Shown: piece by piece, positions 39,601 to 48,322 of the stretch
Layout: each line of letters starts with the position of its first letter
Position numbering within the stretch: the stretch's first letter is position 1
Source of the DNA: a virus
Length of the DNA: 64,000 nt
Strand: one strand, 5' to 3'
Virus record (IMG/VR): IMGVR_UViG_3300044539_000111
Span: 32,001-96,000 of that record
Program-made: the position numbers and the translations under genes
The notes under the pieces: model-generated
Database searches by the model: none
What the model was told of the DNA's origin: nothing
Seen by the model: only the letters and a program-made list of their open reading frames with translations

Positions 39601-42600
39601 TTTCCAATAGATTTGTACATCAAGAATTTAACTTTCTTAGTGCCTTGCTGAACAGTTTCTTCTCCTTCTTCAACAATGTCGTCATCTTCTTCATTGAGTT
39701 GGTCTTGAAGAGCGTTTCTTTGTTTAAGAACATCTGCAATTTCTGCATCAATTTTTGTAGTATCTTGATCGCTTTGTCCAATTGATTTTTGAATTGCATC
39801 TTTAATCTCAGCTAAGACTCTTTCTGTTTCTGCAACTGTAGTATTGCCAGGATATTTAATATCCGCTACAAGTTTTTCAAAAACAGCTTCATTAAAATTT
39901 TCTGGAACTTTAACATTTACTTTAGTAGAACCGCCAGATCTACCAAACATATCTCTACCTTCAATGATTACACCAAGTACTCCATTATTAACATAGTAAT
40001 TAGTTTTACCATATCTTTTTAATTTGTTAAGTTCTTGGGTTTCATCACCCATTTTTATAGAAGCGTCATCACTAATGATTCTTTCATTACCATTTTTTGT
40101 AGTTGATTCAACATTTAATTTTAAATCAGCTTTAGATCCACTCGGTTGTGATAAACTTTGTGTTTTCTTGTCATTAATAAGTTTTTCAGCTGCATCATAA
40201 GATACTTCATTTTCTACTTCATTCTCACTAAATAAAAAATACGGATTAGAATACTCAATAGTTTTTAAATCCAGTGTTCTAGTAACTGACTTACCACTAA
40301 CATCAGTAAATGTAAATGAGTTATTGTTAAAGCTTGTAATAGTCCCAAGCTTCTCTACAACAGGATCTGATGTATTATTTCTATTTATATAGTAAGCAAA
40401 TTGTCCAACAACAGGTTTAACATTATTCAACATGCGCAGGTACTGATACAACGGCATGTTTTTTCCAGGAAACTTTTTCTTAGAGAATGATAAAACATCT
40501 CTGGCATTTTCAAATTCTTTTAATGCTGCGGTTGAATCATCTTGAGCTGCCGCACTTGGTCTAGCTTTAACAGAAACATTAAGAGATGTGTCAACAGCAG
40601 ACAATACAAATTTACCATTTATAATATTTGGTAAAATTGCATTCATCTTTGTTCTTGCTGCCCTAGTTGCATTATCTATTTCTTCTTGTGTAGCGTTTTC
40701 AGAAATCTTTACAGATGTTGTAACCCATGCATCTCTTCCAGGTTGTCCATTAGACGTACCTTCAGATAACCTATTTCCATTAGCATCTACTTTAGAATAA
40801 AGCACAACAAATCTATCATTCTCAGTTGCACTATTTGTTGCACCCTTAGTAATTAATATACCTTGTGCTGTTGATTGTTGACCAATTAAACCTCTAATGT
40901 CCCCAACGCCTTTATCCTTAGATTCTGATGCCTCCGTATATCCTCTTTCAATACCACCAACATGTACTTCAAATGTTTGATCTTTCGCTACTGGTGCAGA
41001 AACTGGCGCAGGAGCACTAGCTGCAATCTTTTTTTGATTACTTAACTGTTGAATTTTTGTATCTAAATCTGCAATTTCTTTTTGCAATTCAGTTACTCGC
41101 GGATTAGCTTTTTTGTTTTGTAATGCTTTCTTTACAAACACAGGAATTTCAGCTGTAATATCAATGATTAATCTGCCATCAATTTGAGCACGGATATTTC
41201 CATAAACCCAATTGGTAATTCTTGCATCATCTAATTCTTGACCAAGATCAACAAGTCTTTCAGTCCATTCAGCAATAACTAAATTATTTCCAAAAACAAT
41301 TTCAGGATGTAAAAAATCACCAAAAATATCTGGACGCTCACTAGCATTATCTAATACAAGCAAATCTCCTCCTTTATTTACAGTCTGTTCTTCAATAACG
41401 GTTCTTACACTTTTGACAGTCTTCTTTCTTGTTCGTGGTTTAAGTGTAGCTTCAGTTGATTGAGCTTGTTTCCCTGCTTCAATTATTTTACCAAGATCAA
41501 CTTTAACATTGCTGTTTACTGAATACTCAGCCAAATCTGTAATGGTAGTTTTTCTTGGATTAAATCTTCCAATGTCTGACTTACTAATATTAAGAAACTC
41601 AGCAACTTTAGCCAACATTCTTTTAATGAACTGGCCTATCTTTTTGAATAAACCTGGTTCTTTCTTTTCACTTAATTTATTACTTACACTTAAATCATAA
41701 GCTCTACCAACAAGTTCATGTTCAAATTGTCTTGAACCAATTTTGTCTTCAGTACCATAATTTTTTTCAACATAATCAATAATCTCTTGACTGCCTTTTG
41801 CTTCAGCTACAAGTTGTTTATAAAACTCAGGATTAGTTTTTTCAAGATTAATTAAAAATGGATGCAAGAAAATCTCATGGTATAAAGTATTTTCTTTTAC
41901 AGCATCTGCAACAATGTAGGCTGTATTTGTTTTCTCATCATAGAATCCAGCAACAGTTTCTTCTTCTGCTTGAAAGAAAATATTTTTAACCATCTCAATT
42001 CCATCACCAATATTGTCTGCATTATTTACTAACCAGTCAACCATTTCTCCTACTTTACCATTAGTTTGATAAACAGAAAGTTCTTTTAGATTAGCAATTA
42101 ACTCAGATAATGAAGTTGAATTATTATAAATGGACATAAGAAGTTCTTTTAAAGAAACTTCATTTACTCCTTTCTGAAGATTAAAGCCCATGTATAATGG
42201 ATCATAAAGCAAGTCATTTAGAATTGTAGAAAACTTTTGATAGAACGGATCTTGAAGACTGTTTAAGATTTTGTCTGCTTCTTCTTGTGAAGCCAAAACT
42301 TTTACATTTACATTCCATCTCTGACCTAGCTCAGTAGCCAACTTATTTAATTCCTCTACTTGTTCTTTTGACGCAGCCGCTCTTTGTTGTTTTACTTCTT
42401 TTGATTCTTCATTACTTTCAGATATGTTGTCTATAATGGAATCATCTAAAGCTTTAGCAGCAATGTTAATTACTCGGTTGGCTAGTTTTTTATCAATGTC
42501 TTCTTGTACAATGACTCCAATTCCCGTACTTAAAGTTGACCAAAGAGATTTACTTGTAGGTTGTACTGTATCTTCTACAGTTGCTAAAAATTTTTGGAAT

Positions 42601-45600
42601 TGCAAATCATTCATGGCTTCTGTCATGAAAATGTTTACATCTTCAAATACTGACAACTCATCTACATTAGCTCTTGGATTTGCGCTGGCAAATGCTTTTT
42701 TAGCTTGCTCCATTGCATTACGAGCAGCTAAATATAAATCATCTTTTGTTTTTAATTTTTCTGTAATTGCATGTTGAGTAAGCCCAGTAACAATAAGATT
42801 TTCAAATGACATTACTGAATTAGTATAATCACTTCCAGCAAATCGTATATCTAACTCTAAGATACCATCATCAGTGAGTTTAACCGGCAATGTGTTATCA
42901 CTAACAAATTTAATTGTAACATCTTGCTCACCCAACTTAGTAAGAATTTCTCTATCTAGTTTAGTCAAATACTTATTTTCAGCCGCCATTAATTTAGCTA
43001 AAAGTCTTTGTCCTTCAGGAGATGACAACTTAATTGGCTCATTTAATTTGACTTTGTACTGTCTTAAAATACCAGCAATAGTTCTTTTATCAGACTTTAG
43101 TTTGCGCCCTTGTTTATTTAATTGAGTTCTGTCATTGGTAATGGTTTTACCTTTGAGTTTTTTAATGTAAGAGTTAATAATTTTTTGAGCAGCCTCATAC
43201 TGTTCTGGAGTTGCTAGTTCGTTTGTGGTGATGTTAAAAATTTCTTGAGGCATTAATCCTTTATTCAACAAATCATCTAGTTCCTGTAAATCAAAAAACA
43301 AATTATTGTTGTACAAATCATTAAGCATGTCATCAGAAACTGCTTTTTTATCAAACTCATATAATGCAGAAAGAATATGATCTTCTTTATTTTCTTCAAG
43401 TCTTTTTAGCATTTCTTCTTGACCTTCAATAAAAACAGAAGAACCCGCAGGATTTAAAATAGTATCAATTAACTCTTGATTAAACCTACCTTCTTCAGCA
43501 AGTGCTAAGTAATCAAAAACTTTATTAAACTGCTGTCTGTTAAACTGAAGTTGAGATGTAGTATTAATTAATTTGTTTTTTCCAGACACCTCAAGAATAC
43601 CGTGATAAGCATCAAATAATTCATCAAATGTATCTGATTCAGAAATAGAACCTTTTTCATTTTTTTGTTCAGCTTTATAAGCACTTAATTTTGCTTGATA
43701 ATTTTCATAAGCTTTTAACTTAGCTCTTGCCTGTGCTTGATTTTGAACAGCAGCATCGCCATAAGCCGATAACTTTGAATTAGTTTCTACTTCAGTTTTT
43801 AATAATTGAATTTGTTGGTTTAAGTCACCCTCATCTAAAAGAGCATTAACTTCCAATGTAGAAAGAGGATTATCACTATTAATCTCAGCTCTAATTTCTT
43901 TTTGTCTATTTGCTCTATCCGCAATTTTAGCATGACTAAATAATAATTCTTTCTTTAAGTTTTCAACTGACCTGTATTTAAAATACTTATTCAAATACTC
44001 TGGATCATTAACATCCAAAGATTTTAAATCAATTGGATTATTAATAGTGTTTTGAATTTCATTGTAAACACCTCTTAGCTTTTTAATATTTTCTGCTTGA
44101 TGCTGAAGCTTCTTTTGATACTGACCTTTGGTTTCTTCAGTAATATCTGTTCTGCTAAATATTTCATTTAATTGCTGGGCGTTTAAATTTTTACCCATGT
44201 ACTCTAAATGATCAGCAAATTGATTCTCCATTCCTGATTCAAGCAAAGTATGCACACCATTAACAAAAGATTCATGCTGTTTATTTTTCATGGTTTTTTG
44301 ATCACCAGATTCACCAGCAGTTAATATTTGTTCTTGTAGTTCACTTTGTGAATAAATGCCTTTTGACCAAGCATCAACAAAGTTTTTACTGTTGTTAAAG
44401 AACTCAGTAAGAACTTTTGCTTTTTCTTTTCTTTTAGATTCAACATCTACTTTTTGTTGTTTGTATTTATCTCTATCAGAAAAATAGTCATAGGTTTTAT
44501 TTACACCACCATTAAATAAATAATTTTGAGTTTGCTGTGATGCAAATCCAACAGGTGATGCAAATACACCCATTAATGCACCAGAAAGAAATGTACTTAA
44601 ACCTTCACCACTCTTTTGTTTATCAATGGCTTTTGTAACATCATTTTCTAAAAAGCTCATCATCCCACCACGAACTTGTAAACCTTTTACATTTCTTTCA
44701 CGGTAAGCTTTAACTGATTCAGAAATTACATCCTGTCCAAGCTCTTGGAATCCTTCCATTGAACCGGATACCACACTTTTTAATGCGCCTTGCCAAGTTA
44801 TTTCTCCAATTTTTTTTCTACCATAATTCCAAACATTTTTCTTGAGAACATCAACAGCTACTTTGCCTCCTTCTTTTTGAACAACTTTAAATAAATCACC
44901 AGCATTAGCAAAAAATTTATTTGTACCACGCATAGATTTAAGCATGTTATCAAATGTAATTGCATTTGTAGCATAAATTAAAGCAAAGTTTGAAGTATAA
45001 ACATTGTCCCGTACTTTTTGAGATTCACCTTCAATTTTGTTGGCCATTTCTTTTGATAATGGCTTGCCTGCCATATCTGGATTACTTTTATAATAATCAT
45101 CATACATTTTTTCTCTAAACTCTTTAGCCGCCATATCGGCTTCTAATTTAGATTCACTGTGGGACATTGTGATTTTTCTAGCATCTCTTACAATAGATCC
45201 TACACCTAATGCTGTCTGTTTTAATCCATTTATATCTTTTAATTTATCAGCTGTAAAAATAAAATCCATTGTGTTTTCCAATGGATTTAAAGCTTTACCA
45301 AAACCTTTTACACTAGCTCCGGCTTTACCCATAAAACCAGTTGCCGTTTTTACATCTTGAAGTTTATTTACAAACTTCAACATATTACCAGCTTGCTTTA
45401 ATCTTGATACACCCTGTACTAACAAAGATCCTCCAGCAGCAACAGTTGCCGGTGCAGCAGCACCTCCACTTAATGCAGTAACACCAGCTAATGCTAATTC
45501 TTCAGCAGCAATACCGCCAATGATACCAATAGTATATCCAGAAGATAACATTGTATTAGACCAAAAACCAGCATTGCCACCTCTTGATGAAGAAAACTTA

Positions 45601-46046
45601 CTCATTGTATCTTCAAAATCAAGATAACTTCCTGAGTCAGCAAATGCGCCTAAGCCAATTGTATCTTGAAATCCAATACCTGCTAATTTCCACATGCCGT
45701 CCCAAGCTCTACCTACATCAGCGGACCAGTGAGTATTATCATCATATAGTACATCCATTCCGGATTTTTTACCTGGAATACCGCCTGCTTTAAATGGATC
45801 AAATCCTAGTTTACCATAAGTTTCAGAACCATAAGTTGCATACTTTGCAAGATTAGCCTGCTTAGCAGAAAAATCTTTAGCCTTACCCATATTATAAACA
45901 CTTACTAATTTAGGTAGTGCTTTTTCTAAATGTTTATCAGCTAACTGTTTAAACTTTACATCATCTGCATCCAGTTTTGGTTTTGGTTTTTGTGCATCAT
46001 CATTAAAATCCTTTTCTGATATTGTAATTGTCTTTAACTCGGCCAT
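36654..46046 (-). CDS. Giant polyvalent ejection protein (3130 aa) with N-terminal membrane-like helices and zincin-like domains
   Basis: Gly/Ala-rich hydrophobic segments near the N-terminus, AGFYD...LYHEIFLHP...EHELV, coiled coils; directly upstream of the RNAP gene. Confidence 0.8.
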   Translation of the reverse strand: MAELKTITISEKDFNDDAQKPKPKLDADDVKFKQLADKHLEKALPKLVSVYNMGKAKDFSAKQANLAKYATYGSETYGKLGFDPFKAGGIPGKKSGMDVLYDDNTHWSADVGRAWDGMWKLAGIGFQDTIGLGAFADSGSYLDFEDTMSKFSSSRGGNAGFWSNTMLSSGYTIGIIGGIAAEELALAGVTALSGGAAAPATVAAGGSLLVQGVSRLKQAGNMLKFVNKLQDVKTATGFMGKAGASVKGFGKALNPLENTMDFIFTADKLKDINGLKQTALGVGSIVRDARKITMSHSESKLEADMAAKEFREKMYDDYYKSNPDMAGKPLSKEMANKIEGESQKVRDNVYTSNFALIYATNAITFDNMLKSMRGTNKFFANAGDLFKVVQKEGGKVAVDVLKKNVWNYGRKKIGEITWQGALKSVVSGSMEGFQELGQDVISESVKAYRERNVKGLQVRGGMMSFLENDVTKAIDKQKSGEGLSTFLSGALMGVFASPVGFASQQTQNYLFNGGVNKTYDYFSDRDKYKQQKVDVESKRKEKAKVLTEFFNNSKNFVDAWSKGIYSQSELQEQILTAGESGDQKTMKNKQHESFVNGVHTLLESGMENQFADHLEYMGKNLNAQQLNEIFSRTDITEETKGQYQKKLQHQAENIKKLRGVYNEIQNTINNPIDLKSLDVNDPEYLNKYFKYRSVENLKKELLFSHAKIADRANRQKEIRAEINSDNPLSTLEVNALLDEGDLNQQIQLLKTEVETNSKLSAYGDAAVQNQAQARAKLKAYENYQAKLSAYKAEQKNEKGSISESDTFDELFDAYHGILEVSGKNKLINTTSQLQFNRQQFNKVFDYLALAEEGRFNQELIDTILNPAGSSVFIEGQEEMLKRLEENKEDHILSALYEFDKKAVSDDMLNDLYNNNLFFDLQELDDLLNKGLMPQEIFNITTNELATPEQYEAAQKIINSYIKKLKGKTITNDRTQLNKQGRKLKSDKRTIAGILRQYKVKLNEPIKLSSPEGQRLLAKLMAAENKYLTKLDREILTKLGEQDVTIKFVSDNTLPVKLTDDGILELDIRFAGSDYTNSVMSFENLIVTGLTQHAITEKLKTKDDLYLAARNAMEQAKKAFASANPRANVDELSVFEDVNIFMTEAMNDLQFQKFLATVEDTVQPTSKSLWSTLSTGIGVIVQEDIDKKLANRVINIAAKALDDSIIDNISESNEESKEVKQQRAAASKEQVEELNKLATELGQRWNVNVKVLASQEEADKILNSLQDPFYQKFSTILNDLLYDPLYMGFNLQKGVNEVSLKELLMSIYNNSTSLSELIANLKELSVYQTNGKVGEMVDWLVNNADNIGDGIEMVKNIFFQAEEETVAGFYDEKTNTAYIVADAVKENTLYHEIFLHPFLINLEKTNPEFYKQLVAEAKGSQEIIDYVEKNYGTEDKIGSRQFEHELVGRAYDLSVSNKLSEKKEPGLFKKIGQFIKRMLAKVAEFLNISKSDIGRFNPRKTTITDLAEYSVNSNVKVDLGKIIEAGKQAQSTEATLKPRTRKKTVKSVRTVIEEQTVNKGGDLLVLDNASERPDIFGDFLHPEIVFGNNLVIAEWTERLVDLGQELDDARITNWVYGNIRAQIDGRLIIDITAEIPVFVKKALQNKKANPRVTELQKEIADLDTKIQQLSNQKKIAASAPAPVSAPVAKDQTFEVHVGGIERGYTEASESKDKGVGDIRGLIGQQSTAQGILITKGATNSATENDRFVVLYSKVDANGNRLSEGTSNGQPGRDAWVTTSVKISENATQEEIDNATRAARTKMNAILPNIINGKFVLSAVDTSLNVSVKARPSAAAQDDSTAALKEFENARDVLSFSKKKFPGKNMPLYQYLRMLNNVKPVVGQFAYYINRNNTSDPVVEKLGTITSFNNNSFTFTDVSGKSVTRTLDLKTIEYSNPYFLFSENEVENEVSYDAAEKLINDKKTQSLSQPSGSKADLKLNVESTTKNGNERIISDDASIKMGDETQELNKLKRYGKTNYYVNNGVLGVIIEGRDMFGRSGGSTKVNVKVPENFNEAVFEKLVADIKYPGNTTVAETERVLAEIKDAIQKSIGQSDQDTTKIDAEIADVLKQRNALQDQLNEEDDDIVEEGEETVQQGTKKVKFLMYKSIGKGSTAASAGEWVPLIAIGKAINDEGKEIEWFVKAFHKGQDPKFNKYGSVTFADIDRELKIMEPNLFTEPENWVTEQISRDIEEETVVEEEIPAEEQEPENEIQAETSYQSRTEILDDLDSVKNEIAKLEVEYDKVTEEINTGKLSLIQKRKAINKQNLLAIDINDLYQQLNNLQAGLSEIGEEAEILNNDAQYVPAFDYNGNEIISSETPWMDIPQSLRNELADLFGKALNKLNDADVIVIKAEMKSNPKYISVISAFSKLRLDQQDTELGAKELKLNNQKVEDAKLKLKQQQQQNRIAARQAKKQKRAARPKVSDEDILKSVLKDYDYSILSPKEISQLVAKLKDKSNALIDFTVNDIVAFINNKKLVQAQKEQKLADIEQQKEEARVNKQIKGNLDFLMLPVIPFKTSYGKEIKMRIPQNGMVKFITTYHPEIFTLPRQEFLDAVNDILKSRITDIKFFNTKDFGFERGSKTTHLKLYSLFRKLEKEKKLYPEVVNKINLALYNADSKFRIRATRSGKNATMSSMYVIQKVKSTKRITPPGAYGSSKKILGSYEVNTGSPSAFDLEVAIAMYFLQGGKIKPSALEQVFGENASEVKDWKGIASESAADSKASFDSASVSILESQNFDVTTTGIDGAMAANALEAFLMKYSSLSNAVRNLVDQVQSDQSKAEDQNRGISNEEADERLFLQELEEKGMSADESAEYLAHLKFLQTEEGQEALESEAKLLDEYYNSQEFELLNDEFTGDENDLSDAGSELKEVGSEEEDVEEVEEETDTESIFENKDTEKPEKTEVDLYLDELDSLASIPTRGALPNAIEYAWDNLNKDKKTDIAFAAAVFRLVTNGKFAFGEKTENRNEAIIRAKISEGHYRGKSVQINGKVYRIAGYQKRMVVLQDVNNLSEYLNFEIDAFLNGIEKEVPVNTDVANLNIDSIVKVKEFDYIKSAYTDILNNFTTYMGEANSLSEDKLISSLKEETTKCKT

Positions 46047-46055
46047 GACTAATTG

Positions 46056-48320
46056 TTATTTGCTGTTTCTATAATCCTTTGCTAAAAAATCCAAAAATGT
46101 TTTCTGTGCATCATTTACAGAAATTGCAGAACCATAAGGTATTTCATAAATTTTTGATTTCAAAAACCCTTCACTGTTATAATCCCATATTTCCCCAACA
46201 TAAGAATCTCTTTCTTTGTCATATTTCAATGCTGCAGATTTATATGCCGGTTTATTATTTTTGTCATTAAAAATAGGCATATCAAGTTGACCTTTAGCTT
46301 TAAAAGTAAAGTCTAATGGATCTCTTCCGGTTTTTGTAAACAAGTCTTCTTTAACACCTTTTTTTCCTAACATTTCTTGTGGAGCATACACCATCATACT
46401 TTCTTTAGTCTTAGTGTTATAAAACTGATAAGCCGATTGACCAGAAACATTGGTGTTCCTATAGAAAGTCATAGTAACATTATCATTGTTTGTTTTTAAA
46501 AAATTCTTTAAAACTTGTTCATTTAGTTTTCTTTGTTCTTTGAGTTCGCCTGCTTGCACTGCGTTAAGTCCATCTTTAATATCTTTGTTACTAAACAGCG
46601 TTACATTTTCCTTATCAACATTTCCATTTTCATCAAACAATAAACCAAATACTTTTTGAACATTTTCTTGCTTTGGTCCTGTTGTTTCTTTCAATTTCAT
46701 GTTTTTGTCAACTGCTAAATTAACACCAACATAATTCAATGCTTGGTTTCTGTCTTTACCAAAACCTGCATCTAACAAAGTTGCATCATAAATTTGTTTG
46801 ACACTAACGTCATCAAATGTTTTTTTGTAAGACTTTTTTAATTTTAGATACGCTTCAGTCCATACTTCTTTTTGCGCTCCTTCAAATGCACCACTTGTAA
46901 AAAATTGAGGATCGGTTACACCAGCAATTTTATTATAAAATTTAACCAGCCCATCAGTATTTTCAGAATACTTTTGTTCATATCCCCATTCATCTTTAAG
47001 AGCTACAGTTTTTGTTAGATTTTTACCTAACTCGCCCCTCCATGCTTTCAAAGACCGGATATTCCCATTTTCATCAACAAGAGATTTAAAAGCAACTTCC
47101 ATGTCTTTTTTAGATAAATCTCCACCAATTTTAGCACCATCTCTAATTGCTTCCCATTTTTTATTAGTAGCCACATCCAAAGTTTTTAATCTAATGTCTT
47201 TATCAACACCACGAAAAGCTTGAAAATTCATAATAGTCCTATCAATTATTCCATTTTCTTGTGTTTCATTGTAATAGTCATCTCTATCTTTACCCTTCCT
47301 TTGTGGATAATAATTTAAATTTTGACCAATGACTCCCTTTTTGTATTTATTGTAGATGGTAGCATTACCATAGTAACCCATTCTCCCAGTCATACCATTA
47401 ATTTTTTCAGAATAATTTTTAAGTATTTGCAATTGCTCAGTTCTATCTTTTCCTCGGATTTGCTTTAGGATGGTATTTGCAGTTTGCTGATCACCTGCTG
47501 CTAAATCTGGATCCTGTGTTGTTTTATGTTTTCCGATATGACTCAAAATATCCATGTTCATATTTAATGCAGCAGAATCTGATTCGCCATTAGGATGTTT
47601 TGTATCAATTCCTTGTAAAGAAGTAGATACCCATGACTTAGTAATTGGTTGAATTAAATCAAGACCTTGATTTTTATAATGCTGGTCAACTCTTTTAAGT
47701 TTTTTATAACCACTGCTTACATTAGCCAATTCATAATCAGCAACAAGTTCTTGATCCGCTGTTGGATCATAAACTACTTTAGCTGTAGTTGATGCCTTAT
47801 CTTTAGAAACTCTTGGTGTTTGATCCCATTTATCATATTGCTCTCTTGTCATCATATGACCTTCAGAGTTCATTGCTAATCCTTTACCTTTTTCATAATC
47901 ATAAGAATCAGCAATGCCATTAAAATAAACAATTGCATCTTTTTGATACTTTGTAAATTTTTCTGCATCAAACTCATCAGTATTATATTTCTTTAATTCA
48001 TTGGCCATAGCCCATGAACTATTCTTGAACTTCTTAAAATTTTCATAAGCTTTAGGATCATCTTCTTTTAGTTGTCCCATTACCATATCATACCTGCCAT
48101 TTACAGCACGCATCATAGGTTTTGAGGTTTGAAAGTTAACAAACTTTTTAAGCTCAGGGTGTTCATCTATAATAGGAGCAATTTGAGAATCCCAATTACT
48201 AAGCTCAGCTTTTGATTTTGTTTCACCTTTAGGTTCAACTTTAGCTTCAACTTTTGTTTCAATTTTTGCTTTACCTGCAGGTTCTGTATCGGATGCGCGT
48301 TTATATAAAAAATCTACCAT
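46056..48320 (-). CDS. Putative internal virion/cargo protein (754 aa)
   Basis: Lies in the cargo block; Lys-rich, no Cys seen. Confidence 0.6.
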   Translation of the reverse strand: MVDFLYKRASDTEPAGKAKIETKVEAKVEPKGETKSKAELSNWDSQIAPIIDEHPELKKFVNFQTSKPMMRAVNGRYDMVMGQLKEDDPKAYENFKKFKNSSWAMANELKKYNTDEFDAEKFTKYQKDAIVYFNGIADSYDYEKGKGLAMNSEGHMMTREQYDKWDQTPRVSKDKASTTAKVVYDPTADQELVADYELANVSSGYKKLKRVDQHYKNQGLDLIQPITKSWVSTSLQGIDTKHPNGESDSAALNMNMDILSHIGKHKTTQDPDLAAGDQQTANTILKQIRGKDRTEQLQILKNYSEKINGMTGRMGYYGNATIYNKYKKGVIGQNLNYYPQRKGKDRDDYYNETQENGIIDRTIMNFQAFRGVDKDIRLKTLDVATNKKWEAIRDGAKIGGDLSKKDMEVAFKSLVDENGNIRSLKAWRGELGKNLTKTVALKDEWGYEQKYSENTDGLVKFYNKIAGVTDPQFFTSGAFEGAQKEVWTEAYLKLKKSYKKTFDDVSVKQIYDATLLDAGFGKDRNQALNYVGVNLAVDKNMKLKETTGPKQENVQKVFGLLFDENGNVDKENVTLFSNKDIKDGLNAVQAGELKEQRKLNEQVLKNFLKTNNDNVTMTFYRNTNVSGQSAYQFYNTKTKESMMVYAPQEMLGKKGVKEDLFTKTGRDPLDFTFKAKGQLDMPIFNDKNNKPAYKSAALKYDKERDSYVGEIWDYNSEGFLKSKIYEIPYGSAISVNDAQKTFLDFLAKDYRNSK

Positions 48321-48322
48321 GA

